From the NCBI GenBank assembly GCA_030265395.1, contig JARFYF010000029.1:15259517-15323516 (forward strand): 64,000 bases of DNA. Reading direction: 5' to 3'. The stretch's first letter is position 1; the number at the start of each line of letters is the position of its first letter. This document shows, piece after piece, positions 51,389 through 64,000 of the stretch. The stretch is from Rhina ancylostomus. Taxonomy: Eukaryota. The translations under genes and the position numbers were made by a program. The notes below the pieces were generated by a model. That model did not search any database. It was not told the origin of the DNA and saw only the letters and a list, made by a program, of their open reading frames with translations.

Positions 51389-54300
51389 GTATGTGTGTTA
51401 ATCCTGAACTAATAGATCACTAGTTGTATGGGGGATAGGTAAGAACAATCTGAGTTTCATCACGGAAACCAGCTGCTTACCAGAGATGGAGCAAATCTGG
51501 CTGTATATATACTGTCAGCTTCTTTTAATACATTTTGCCCCTGACGAATTATTTTGGCTAAAGCCTGTGAATAAGTCTCACCATTTCTAATTGTGTACCT
51601 ATCTATATAGACAGGGGCTCTCTGGGTTACAGATGATCTGACTTAGGGAAATCTGAGTTTATCCAAATTCTCCCATATATTTATAAAGCATTTTTCAAGA
51701 TAGTGATAATAAAATGTTCCAGGGGGTCATTAATGTCTGGATACAGTCATTTTTATTATTATCTGGGGATATATTCCATTAGTTTAATTATGGGTGGTGT
51801 TAAGGTGGATATTTGATGAAATGAAAGAATTATACCAAATATATGTCGAGCGATTTGATTGGGTGGCTATAGAAAATATAGACATTGACTTAAAGACGGT
51901 TCCTAGTAATAAAGACCCTTATATAATTCAAAGACTGCCTGTATATGCAAGAAGACTCCGTGGGAAATGTAGTAAGTTTGCAAAGGTACTGAAAATCACA
52001 ATTAATTGTTTTAAATTAATGTTTTAATAGTTTTGTACAATTGATTCAATATATAGTTGGTTGATTTCTGAATATTGGTTCTTAGTAGAATTTTCCATCC
52101 ACGTGCTGATATGTTTCAAGAGCTTCCATAGTAAGGTTCCTAGCTGTGCATACAAAAATTTGGACCAGTTAATCTAAAAAATCATTCTGAATTTTAAAAA
52201 TTTATGGCAATTTCACTTTGGAGTAGCAACATATTAAATTTAATCTATTCATCTAAGATTTCTTTCATTTTTTTTGGTTGATACATTCAGTTAATGGATT
52301 AATCTAATAAACTACCAGAAAGGAATTTAAGGTGAACGATGCACTTGTCAGTAGCCCACAGACTTATCTCAGAGCCACTATTTCAGGTTCTAAAAAGGTT
52401 GACCCAGTTTTCTGCTGGAAAAAGTCCGGATATTATATCAGTCAATAAAAGTTCCGCTGGATATCCTTTTCATAGGAATCTATTCCATTTACCTTCTCTG
52501 CAGATATCGCTCTGAATTTGAAGCTAATGTAGAAATCACAAAGCGAGTACGATGGGGAAACTGGGAAATGGCTGGAGTCCATACCATAGACCAGGAGTGA
52601 AAAGGGAATAAGGGATTAAGTTTCTCTCTGCTAAAAAATTTGCAACCAAAAATTGTCCCATTTGTTAATTTAAGCAGAAAATGCTTGGCAGATCAGGTAT
52701 CATCTGTGGAGAAAGAGAAACAGAAACGCTGCTCCTTCTCTGCTTGATATGCTGAGTGTTTCTCACATTGTCAATTTTGTCAGATTTCCAATTCCTGTAA
52801 CATTTGGTGTTTAATTTTTGTCCCTAATATTGCTGCTGCTCAGGTTCTAGGGTAAATGCCAAAAGCTTCTGTAATGGGGAAGATTATCTGGAGGCTGGTT
52901 ATTAATTGGTTAAGTGTTGGGGGCGGCAGGAAGAAGCTTGATACATTGGGTTTAATGGATCAGGCTTTGGGTCAGGCTTAACAGTGTGAGTGGAAGGATG
53001 TTCTACAGTCACTGCGGTGTGTGGTTAGGAGGAGCATTAATGATCCCCCAGCTCCATGTTCAAGTTGGTAGCTTTTGAGGGACAGTAGGGAGGTATTGGT
53101 TTATTATTTTCTATTATTTTTTTTATTATTATCTGGGGATTTTCCCAGATTTCAGTCAGTGATGATGCTGTTAGCTGCACTCCGAAAACCCCCACCTCCC
53201 TTCCACCACTCAGACAGCCTGCAAATGTTGGAACAGAGACATAAGTAGGTGTTAGGCCTTTAATTTTATATGCAAAATTTCTTTCTTCAGAGAAGGATGC
53301 TTCTTAGACCTTATCAATGTGGTGTTCACCATCTTCCTGGCTGAAAGCATTCTCTTGATTCTGGCACAGCAGCTGTAGTAGAGTGCCTAAGGCTTGAAAA
53401 ATGAGACTGTATTGTTTAATTTCCAGTTCATTAATTTAAGTTAATTAGCAAACAATGTGATTTAGTGAATTTCCTTAAAGGTCCTTTTAGGACACATAAT
53501 GTCACATTAGGAACAGTAGTGGAAGCAGAATCCATCTTAATAAGGAAAGAAAACTTGTAAAGAATATGGGGGAAAGGCAAATGTGTGGTGAGTAGATGGA
53601 TAACTTAACCTAGAGAGCCTAATGATTTCTTTCCTTACTATAATAATGTATTAATATGCAAAATAGGACAAAACAGCCAAAATTTGGAAAACACAAAGGA
53701 GAGAGAAATTGGGTAGGAAATTTGTTATCATAACCAGAAATAGTGGGTCCAGATGAAGCAACCGTATATGTTTCAAAAAGATAAAAATTCACCTGGAATA
53801 AATAAAGACACAGAAGAGTAACAGTAACCAGTGAATATAAAATGGGGAAATTATATACTTACAACCATCCAGTTAAATGAAGTGAACTGTCTAAATGCCA
53901 CTATTCTGGTCCAGATTCAAACTAAGTGATGGTATTGTGGTTTGTATTAATATGCACTCAACTGATGGAAATCATTATTGCCAGTATTATTTAGGAAGGC
54001 AAATAGTGACAGACTACCGCTGAAGAGAAATGCTGATATTAACACAGGATTTATAACAGCCATATGTAAACCTGAGAACTTTAAACAGTTTGACAGAATG
54101 GGAGTTTGGTGCATGAGTCCTGAAGGAGAAGGCCAGAAATCTTGATATATTAATTTTTGTTTATCATTCTTTGACTAAAGTTTCACAATATCTCTGCTCA
54201 TCACTAACGATAACCACTTAGTTTTTTTACAATGTCTTTGTTTGACATCAAGGGCAATTATTTGAGAAAACAAAATGATGACGTTAACAAGGGCAATAGT

Positions 54301-54803
54301 GGTGTGAGATGCTAAGATGGAAGAGCTGTAACATTAGTATTCAAATATAAGAGAGTATATTCAACCACTTAAATCCCCTCATTTATTACTTACGGGAAGA
54401 AATGTTGAGGTTGGTATGTGCAGTGAAATGTTGAGGGTGTTATGTACAACTGATTTTTATTCCTATAAAAGATAACTAGCAGAATAAAACCAATATATGG
54501 AAAATAAGTGCTGGCACACGACAGAGTTTCTATCCATCTTGATTTTAAAGTAAACCTTAATCTAGGTGGCCAGAGCGCCAGCCAAAATAGATACTATATC
54601 TGAAATATGTAGTTAAGTCTTCAATATTTGGAAGGGAACATCCTATTACTTATATTACCAGTTTCAATAAACATAATTATTTCCCAAAATTTAACTGTGT
54701 GGATCAATGATATATCTGCAAAAGTTTTTAAGTATTCGGTAGTTAAATGTGATTTCTTGAAAATATATTTCACAAAATGCCTTTGTTTTGCTCTTGTTTC
54801 TAG

Positions 54804-55037
54804 GATGTGAAGGCACTAGCCACAATTCCTCTTCTTGGCTATACGATAGAAGAAAATCCACGAGGTGTTGATGGGTCTCATGTGTTTAGCCTTAAACAGT
54901 CAAGGTTCATCCATACTTTTGCTGCAGACTCTGATAATCAGAAGCAACAGTGGCTAAAAATAATCAGCATGGCTGTAAAGGGGGAAACACCCACAGACAA
55001 TGATGATTTCAGTAGCGATGAGGCCTCTACTTGTTGA
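54804..55037 (+). CDS. FGD4: FGD4 last coding exon, PH2 end ([13 protein letters not shown]...ASTC*)
   Basis: gtttctag acceptor, TGA at 55035-55037. Confidence 0.95.
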   Translation, partial: DVKALATIPLLGYTIEENPRGVDGSHVFSLKQSRFIHTFAADSDNQKQQWLKIISMAVKGETPTDNDDFSSDEASTC

Positions 55038-58000
55038 CTAAGCATTCGGTGTGAGGCAGGTTGAGCTACCAATAGATGATGCAGAGAATCCAAAGCCACT
55101 TAAAGGATGTGGTATTTTATGTGGAAAAAAGTTTAAATCTTCTTCAAATGAAATGTTTGTATTCACTATCTCTTGTTCTTTCATCCCTGAACAATCCTAC
55201 AATGACCAACATCTGCAATGTTCAATCACTTCTGTAATTATTGACACTAGATCTCTTGAGTGTCTAGGTTATCCATAAACACAGTCCAGCATGAACTTAT
55301 AGCATTTAAGAAAACACTGGACATTTAAATAAGCTCTAAGTTATGGTGATGTTATATTTTCTGTCTTTTTGACTGCTTTTTGTTCAAGCAGTAAATTTAA
55401 TGTGGTGCACATGATGCACAGGCAGAATGAGAATTTATGAACTGTGAAGTTGTGATCCATAGTTCAGATACCCAGACTGCTTTCTATGAGGTTTCAATAC
55501 AAAAGAACAAACCTAAGTTTTTTTTGAGACCATTAATCTCTGTATTTGAAATTGATTTGTCTGAGTTCCTTATGCTTTAAGCAGTGACAAAAATGATGTA
55601 TTATTGTATTTATTAAAGCTATAAGTACCCTTTTATTGCCTCACCTGTAGCAGGTGCAGGTTAACTTGGGATACCCAAAGGTACAGTACATATGCATATA
55701 AAGTGGTTAATTATTAAGAATTAACCAGCTTCCTAAGCTAAAAGCATCCAGCAACCATTTAACAGTGATAATTTTGCTGCACTACAAAATGATAGGAATC
55801 AGCATTGACAAAAGAGAACACGTTAATCTCTTAACTCTTAATAAAGGATTTCAACGATGACTCTTCACCCTCGGTTGAGCCAGTGGCCAACCAGGGATGG
55901 AATTGACAATCGAAAAAGGCAGGAACGTCCTAATCTTCATAATTGTGTTCAGCAGTGCTATTGCCTTTGCCCTGGGGGAAGATTAATCTCTCATCCTCTC
56001 AGACTATGAACAGTATTTGGTGACAAGAGGGTCACCCTATAAATTGGGAGGAAAGAAAATCATCTACAAAAATTCAGTCAGAAAATAAGCATAAAATAAA
56101 TTCGTATTGGGCACCAAAAATATATCTGTAACAAAATATACACTTTAACCGCATAAATTATAGTCAAAAGGCTCTATAACACACTAAGAGAGGGTCTGAC
56201 TGAGTGTAATCTAAATAAGTCAAATGAAATAGTTTAAACTCATTACTGCCTTCAAATCCTGTTATCTTGTATGTAAATATGTACAATATATGGAAAAACA
56301 GCTCATTCTCCTTGCTTGCAAATTTTCTGTAGAATGGTGAGATCAAACAAAGTAAAATATTCTGATGCTAAACAACAACAGCCTCTCACAGAATGTGATA
56401 GGAAAATGAGCAGTTGAAGAGAAAAGCAAAATTGCTGATTTTAATTACTTTACAGTGTGGATTAATGATCCATTTATCTCGATTGTTTAAGAGTCTTTGC
56501 TACCTATTCATCTTTAACTATAACACGCAATGTTTGGTGACTTTGTTTATATGTAGAATTTGAAAAGCAATTCTGGTTCAGATCACTGGAAAACTTGACT
56601 CCTACTGTCCAGTCCACTGATCAGAGAAATTTTGTTGAGGACAAGTGCCCAGTATTGCAAGTTAAGCATTGTCTGTCATTACTCTCATTATAAAATGATC
56701 TGGAGCAGGAATAGTTCAACTTTAATTCAAGTGAAGTGTAGCATTTGAAATTTTTGTATGTGTATGGAGATTAAGGGTTCTATTCACTTGAACATGCAAC
56801 AAAATGGAGACCAAACAAGATACTACAATTAATCTTTTTAAATAGGATATCTTTCCATGGTATGATATCATTCCATGGTATCTCATGGCAGATATGATCT
56901 GATAAAGATAATGTGCAAAAATATTTTTATAAATGAATTAGATTTTTGCCACACATACCACAAGGCAAAAATCTGGTCCCTAAGTCATGTCAAAGAAATG
57001 CTTGTTAAATACCACCTTCTTTCAAAAAAAATATAACCCATTTTGCTACCCTTATCCAGAAAGGAGTGAGAAGTTTGATATGCCTTCTCTCCTTTCACAT
57101 TCTCTCACCAATCCCATACAACAACACCACCTGCTTTCAGTTTCATCTAAGATGCCCTGGCATTTGTTCATGCTCAGTACCACCTCAGACCCACAGAACC
57201 TTCCCATGTATCTTTCCAATGTACAGCTCATGACCAGCTGTGACAATGTTTGAGCAAGATTAGAATGGTTCAAGAGAGGCTTAAAGTTAAGGTTCTTAAA
57301 ATGTAAATGCATTTTCTGACATAAAAGCAGATGGTATTTATAATAAGTTTGTGAGGGAGCAGGTTGTTCCTGAAGATTGTCTCTGCTTGGAAAAAAGTTA
57401 TTTAATGATATTGCAAAAGATTATCATCGAAAAGAATGCTTGTTAACCAGATAGTAAGCCAAATAGTATTGAATCCCAGGGAAATGCACTGTATCGTGAA
57501 TTTTAAACACTCCATTTTTAAAAAAAAGGTTAATTTTATGTGGTAAATGGAGCACTTTAGAGTTCATCCACTTGAATGCTTACACTAACTCCACTGTGCA
57601 CAATGACCTAGAGAACGTACATGTGTCATTTTATCTTTTATTCTACTTGAGTGCTATGGATCTTTAATTCCATTTGCTCCACATTGCAGAAAATGCTTCT
57701 GAACAGTATCTGTGCTCTCCACGTTGGAATACTTGTTTTTGCATGTTTGTTTTAAATATTGTTCTGCGTTTGCTATAGTCAACCAGCCTCAAACTTGCTT
57801 AATTTGTATTAGCACTTCAACATGTTAGCACACACAGGCTGTATCGTTGCTATCATAATTCCCAGCACAGTTTAAATTGAAAATGATTGCAGTGTTTTTT
57901 TAATATTGATTGGCTGGCATGAGAATTCATGTATATACAGTCTTTGTAAATCTCCAATCAGTACAGTATTAAAACTGAATCAATAGAAGTACTCTATAGA

Positions 58001-59146
58001 ATTATTTTCAAGTTTCAATCCTCCACGGTCCTTTTTAACCATCTTAAGGTTTCCTATTACAGCCAGGTCACCAAATCTAATGGGTCGCTATCACCAGCCA
58101 GGATGAGGTGTGAATTAGTTTCTTTGGTTATGTTTCTCCCTGCTATTTTAAAAGAAATGCCTCAGACTTGACCAGTGATGATCAAACACATGTAATCAAC
58201 TCATTCCGTTTGAGTAATGATTTGCCAAAGTGTTTATCTCAATCTCAATCCACAAGTGATTATCTCAATCTTTGGATTCGGATGCCTTTAACATTTGGAT
58301 TAATGGGTTAGCAAAGATTTTGAGGTGAACTTTGCTTTTGAATACCAAAAATAAATCCCAAATTTACATCCTCAGTTATGACACCACTGCCTAGAAATTA
58401 AATGCATTAGTGCCTATTGCACAAAATGCAATTTATTCTGGATTATATCACACTAGAGATCATTGCTAAGTGAAATTTTGCCCATTGGGGAAACTGATTT
58501 AAGCATTTCTAAGGGCAGTTTGCTGGAGAGCATCTGACATTTTCCCAGTATTGTTCATGAATGTAATGGTGTGACAAGTTGCGCATTGTGTATTTCCTCC
58601 CTTGCCAATGTAAATTGGAACTCTGGGCTTCAAATGATGACCTTTGCTAACAGTTCAAAAAAAAACCTGGGAGAAAATGGGCTGAGAACTACATTTAAAA
58701 GATCTCATTGCTACATCACTGAACTGCACACATCTGCCAGCCTCAATTTTCAAAGCTTAGGATATTTGAAATCTGTAGAATTCCATCACCAATTGGAGTC
58801 TATACTATTGGATCTACGTTCTGCGATCATTTCAGCACTGATCATCCTCCATTTTGTGGTAGTGTATAGCATGTGGATTTGATCAGGGCAGATGATCTCC
58901 TGTAGGTCATGGGCAAATATACAAGATCCTCATGCCCCTCATTCCCCTGTGTTTGCCCTCTCCTCCATGGCAGCCTTTTATGCAACTTGTCTGCAGCTAC
59001 CAAGGGAAGAGCTCTGCTGAGTGATTAGTGGGGGATCCAAATGGGCATTAACATTATGTGCCATACATGTTTAGCACACCAAATGAGGATAACGTTCAAT
59101 TTTTAGGCATGCATGTGATAAAATTCTATTATAGTGCTATGTTAGC

Positions 59147-59152
59147 AATAAA
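59147..59152 (+). promoter_or_regulatory. Candidate distal polyadenylation signal (AATAAA) of FGD4
   Basis: AATAAA followed by U-rich sequence near the end of a ~4 kb repeat-poor stretch. Proximal alternatives are ATTAAA 55612 and AATAAA 55840 and 56095. Confidence 0.3.
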
Positions 59153-62100
59153 CTCAAAATGAATCCCAAATGTTAATTTGATTTCAACCTGTCATGTTCA
59201 GTGACTCCAAAAAAGTTAGAGTTTGTTAAATGCTAATAGAATTGGTTCAAATTTTGTTTTCACATACACCAAGCACTTGTTGAGAATATGAGCCATTGTA
59301 CTATATCTGCACTTGTAAAATTTAAAAACTAAGATTCTGCATCTTACAATATGAACATCCTAAATTGTATCCAGCTGACAAGCTANNNNNNNNNNNNNNN
59401 NNNNNNNNNNNNNNNNNNNNNNNNNNNNNNNNNNNNNNNNNNNNNNNNNNNNNNNNNNNNNNNNNNNNNNNNNNNNNNNNNNNNNCTAGGGTTTGAGTTC
59501 AAAACCATTACAATAAGTGTTTTAACACTTTTGAAAGCTATCATTTCAAGAGCTGAAGCATTAGTTGGTGTTCACACCTCCCAACAATGGCCTGTACATA
59601 TCAGATCAATGAAGCTATGTTCTTAATGAAATTCTGGTGTTGTTTTCCAAATGTCTTTTATTTAATCACCTGCTTGTAGTACTTTTCCTGAGTTATTCAT
59701 TCAGTACCTGATTACAAAATGCAGTGAATTATAATGTATATAGAGGTGGTTGTTTAATTAAAATTGGTTATGCTACAATCTTCAAAGATGCATTTATGCT
59801 AACACATTACTATTTACAATGATTAACCTTGAGTATTCTAATAAGGTTCAGTGTTATTTTCACACATTACACAGCACATTACAGGATTTGCAGGAGGTAT
59901 TTTATTCATTTATTTTTATAATGATTTTCATTAGTGTTCATATGAACAACCAATCAGAGCATAGTAATAGTCTGCAGTATTGTTTTCTGAGGATCCTTGC
60001 CCATTGGATGCGGTAAACCAGATGATAAGGTACTGAACGTTGTCGGTTTAAATTGGCTTTGGTTCTTCTACCTTGGTTCCAAGTGGAAAAATGCTGCTCT
60101 AGGAAGCAAGCAAACAGCTCCACAATAAATCTGGCAACTCGTATGTCCTGTCAGTAAGCATATAAAATAGAGAATTACTGTGTCTTTTATACTTTAATTT
60201 TGTACCTTGTATGAGAGGTAACATGAAAATGTAAAATCCAAATATTGAAAATGCCATTGTTAAACTACTTGAATACTTTAAATTGTAAAACAGTACCTTA
60301 CAACAAGCTTCAGCAGATGAAGAGACTATCACTTATCAGAATTTACCACCACGCTAATCCACATTCAATCTCCCGGCCAGTTCACAGATACCTTACTCCA
60401 TGCAACACTTCACCCTTTTGAAATGATTCTCCCGTAAAATACAGAGCCAACAAATTCAGACATAATGCTACAAAACAATCATCCACACCTCTCCACAAAA
60501 AGGAGTTGCAGTAATGTTAACCTAATGATTTGAAACCTGGGAATTCCAGATTTCTGCTCAGAAAAGATGCCAAGTGGTAAGATGAAGTTAGGTGACAGTG
60601 GTTGAAATTCACAATAGGCCCAAAGCGATCTTTTCTGTTGTTCTTTTCTTCATGGTAGCCAACGGCAAGAATTGTTTTTAGGCTTTTTTTAAAGGAAATG
60701 GTATACACAAGCTTTAGTGTCAACTTCAGACCTTATACAAGGGGACTCACATGCCAGATTCTTTCAATAGACTTCATCTGTATATTAACCTGGCCATCTT
60801 ATTTCAGTAATTCTTGATAGCTGCCTTTGGGTTTCTGCAGGGAGCCCCTCTGATGTGGCTGAATGCACAGTGGGGTGTCCATCTTCACATGGATTAAAAA
60901 CTACTTCTCTGAAGGTTCCAAATTAATTTTGAGATATGATTGCATTTGGTGGGTTGGAGAAGACAAATCAAAAACTGAAGTTAATGTAAACTCAATAAAG
61001 ATGCATGCAACATGTTCTGTAAGGAAGTGACTGAGAGAAACAGAAATCTACCTTGCTTGATGCTGAGCAAAATGAATGTACAGGTGAGTTAACATTTACT
61101 TGGTTGAGATATCATCCCTAGAAGATAGAGGTGCATCTATTCATTAGGTAATAGGCTGGTTCAATGTTATACAGTTTGAGAACTGATGTGGAAATATATA
61201 CAAACTTTAGAGATGTGGATTATGTGGGCAGGGCAAACTGCCTTGGACTGAATGGATTGCTGATCCATGGCAGAGGAATGTCAAATGTTAACCACATTAC
61301 TGTGGATCTGGAACCACAATAGGTAAGGATTGCAGATTCCTTCTCCCAAAGCTGATAGTGAACCAGCCAGGTTTTTACAACAGTCTGGCAGTTTAATGGT
61401 CACCATTATACAATTTGTTTTTGTATAATGGTGTAATTAAATGAATTTAGTTTCCTTAGAGAATGTTTCTATGCACTTTAGTTTTACACTTCATTTCAAT
61501 CATGATCAGGACCTCACAATGTGCACTGTGTATAAAGGAACTTCGGCTTTGAATCATAGGCTTCCCTCTGTAGAAGGGAAGGTCCAGAGGGACTGCAGGT
61601 GCAGAGCAGTGATGTCAGTCAATGTGCAGTGTACCTTTGACAATACAGCTGAAGCATGGGATTGCAAACTCATGACATAGAACAGTAAGGGTCAAAAATG
61701 GAAAAAGTACACTCTAACTAAAGGAAGCTGGACCCTTTGGGTGTGTTTTAGATGGACATATCTCAGCTAAATTCCTGTTGTGAAATCTGATTCAGTTCCA
61801 GTGGCGGATCATTCTCTGGCCATTTTTCAGGTTGGATCCTCTATTTATTAGTCTGGTGTCAGTTTGAGGGGATGGGCAAGTGCGGTGATTTTTGTTTTCC
61901 TTGGTCATTCACTCATTTCCATTCCTGCACTGGTGAAGTGAGCTGGGTCTGGCTCTATATCTATCCCAACTGACCGCACTATTTCCAGCAGCAGTTCCAG
62001 TTGAGAACTGTTAATTTAGGAGTTCCAGCCATAATGGAATACTGCATGGGTTAGTTCCCGATTTTATTCCTTAAGTTATGGTTAATGTGCAAAAGAACCA

Positions 62101-62569
62101 TAAATTACAATGCTTGGGTGGATAACATCATATGGAAATCACTCTCATAGCAGCCTCAGATCAAACTGAGCCAGGTTCCCTATACAGGACTGTTTCAGCA
62201 GGTATTTTATTTAACTACATTGCCAGTTTCCAGAGTGTTTGCAATTCTATTACTAAATCATTATTCCAGTAACAAGTACTCAATTCTACTACACTGTATC
62301 ATAACCAGATAATGATGTTACTTAAAGTGCTATGAAAAGAACCCAAATGTGAAGTGATGAATTACAATATGTATAACAGCACTGTAGAATGAATGACACC
62401 CAAAGACAGTAGAAGTTGTGCAGACACTAATAAGTGCAGGATAGAAATGTGTCAAGGGCAACTTTGTGACTATAGGGAGGGACTGAAGGAAAGAAAGAAC
62501 TGGCGTCCACCTGAACTAGAGAATCGCAATAATATTGGCAAATAAAATAAATAAAGCCAGTGCAAATCA

Positions 62570-62700
62570 ACAAAAACAAAACTGCAGATACTGGAAATCT
62601 AAAATTAAAATAGAAAACGCTTGAAATGCAGCAGGATAGCTGCATCTATGGGAAGAGGAACAGAGTCAACATCTCAGGTTGAAAAACCCCTTCTTCAGAA
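62570..62700 (-). repeat. Penelope-derived short repeat just upstream of YARS2 promoter
   Basis: Minus strand TT-CTGAAGA-AGG..CCT-GAGA-TG-TT-GACT then ATAGATGCAGCT..TTTCCAGTATCTGCAG. Confidence 0.55.
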
Positions 62701-62959
62701 TAAGAGCCATGAATGGATTTTAAGCTGGGACACTTTTTTTGGAGGAGATTGCCATATAAGCCAATAAATAGAAACGAATCAAGTGACTACAATTTAAAAA
62801 AACGCAAGGAAAGGTCCACAATCTTATAAAACCTATTTGTTTTATTTTTTTACAATAGTTGAATGGACTAAATTCTCCCATAGACAGTAGTTTTGCTGGT
62901 AACCGGTTATCAATGCGTTTAAAAACCTTCGTCCAAGAGTAGGCATCACCCTGCACCCC

Positions 62960-63700
62960 TCTGTTGTCCCGCACAGCCTACGGGACAGCTGGAGCACCTG
63001 GGGCTGCGCGACGTCACTCGGAGGCTGCCAGAATGGCGGCGGCCGTGGTGCGGGCGGCCCCGCTGCTGGGTTTACTGAGGCCGACGCGATCCTTCCTTTC
63101 GGCCCCGCTGAGGGCCGGCAACAGAGTCCGGAGCCGATGGAAAAGCGGCGGGAACATTTCGCAGCTTCACCAGCGGGGCCTGTTGAAGGACGTGTTCCCG
63201 GAGGCGGACGGGCTGCAGCGGCTGCTGTCCGCCGGCCCGCAGGGCCTGTACTGCGGCTTCGACCCCACCGCCGACAGCCTGCACGTCGGCAACCTGCTCG
63301 CCTTGGTCGGGCTGCTGCACTTCCAGCGCGCTGGCCACCGCGTCCTGGTGCTGCTGGGAGGAGCCACAGCGAGGCTGGGCGACCCCAGCGGCCGCAGCAG
63401 CGAGCGGGAGACGCTGAGCGCCGACACGGTGCGGGAGAACGCCCGGAGCATCCGGGAGGGGATCCTCGGCGTCTTCCGCAACCACCGCGCCTGCTTCTGC
63501 AGCGGTGCCGAGGCCGCGTCCCTGGGCCCGGTCAGCGTGGTCAACAACTTGGACTGGTGGTCGAGTTCAACGGCACTGTGGGGAGGCACTTTCGCATGGG
63601 CACCATGCTGAGCAGGCACAGTGTACAGACCCGCCTCAAGAGCCCCGAGGGCATGAGCTTCACCGAGTTCACCTACCAGATGTTTCAAGCGTACGATTTC
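62960..63700. promoter_or_regulatory. CpG island / YARS2 promoter and exon 1
   Basis: Abrupt switch to GC- and CpG-rich sequence. CRE-like CGACGTCA at 63009-63016; YY1/TISU-like CAGAATGGCGGC over the start codon. Confidence 0.85.
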
Positions 63701-63792
63701 TATCACTTAAATCAACACCATGGCTGCAGGATCCAACTGGGAGGGACCGATCAACTTGGCAACATTATGTCCGGATACGAGTTCATTAGCAA
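63033..63792 (+). CDS. YARS2: YARS2 exon 1, mitochondrial tyrosyl-tRNA synthetase (frameshift near 63557 in this assembly)
   Basis: Arg/Ala/Leu-rich presequence [27 protein letters not shown] (HIGH motif), [13 protein letters not shown]; then in another frame [32 protein letters not shown]; donor AA|GTAAAG. Confidence 0.93.
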
Positions 63793-63904
63793 GTAAAGCA
63801 AATCTCTCTTGTTGTACACGTTTTTCATTGCAAGTGTCTAGATGTTGATATGGATTTGTTTTCTGCTGGTAGCTTTATTGAAAAGAAAACTTATGAACCT
63901 GTAG

Positions 63905-64000
63905 GGTGACCGGACAAGACGTCTATGGCATCGTGGTACCACTTGTGACCAGTGCATCAGGAGATAAACTGGGGAAAACTGCAGGAAATGCGGTATGGTT
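63905..64000 (+). CDS. YARS2: YARS2 exon 2, partial ([32 protein letters not shown])
   Basis: cctgtag acceptor after a 112-bp intron, phase 2; KLGKT is the KMSKS-type motif; runs off the window end. Confidence 0.93.

Noticed and set aside
62964-63032. In-frame upstream extension of the YARS2 ORF from a TTG start
   Set aside because: ORF-caller alternative start. ATG 63033 has strong context and begins the mitochondrial presequence.
63072-63789. Overlapping ORFs on the minus strand and alternative frames over YARS2 exon 1
   Set aside because: Expected shadow ORFs in GC-rich coding DNA; no recognisable product.

Overview
Vertebrate nuclear DNA, AT-rich and intron-dominated, from a draft assembly with 12 N-gaps. 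The repeat content (V-SINE/HE1-type, Deu-domain SINEs, CR1, Penelope-like) points to a cartilaginous fish; this is inference. Most of the window (5392-55037, + strand) is the FGD4/frabin gene. Its 17 coding exons, all with GT-AG introns, join in phase to give FAB, DH, PH1, FYVE and PH2 domains; the first coding exon lies upstream of the window. About 8 kb downstream, in a CpG island on the same strand, the mitochondrial tyrosyl-tRNA synthetase gene YARS2 begins (exon 1, a 112-bp intron, part of exon 2). Its exon 1 carries an apparent frameshift or deletion, most likely an assembly error. Introns hold decayed CR1, L2/CR1-like, Tx1, RTE, Rex-type, Penelope-like and PIF/Harbinger elements plus SINEs. 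The most notable observations are a family of Penelope-derived short repeats with minimal hammerhead-ribozyme cores that recur as inverted pairs, a FGD4-YARS2 gene order lacking DNM1L between them, and the YARS2 frameshift. Repeat boundaries are approximate and family calls come from recalled motifs, not database searches.
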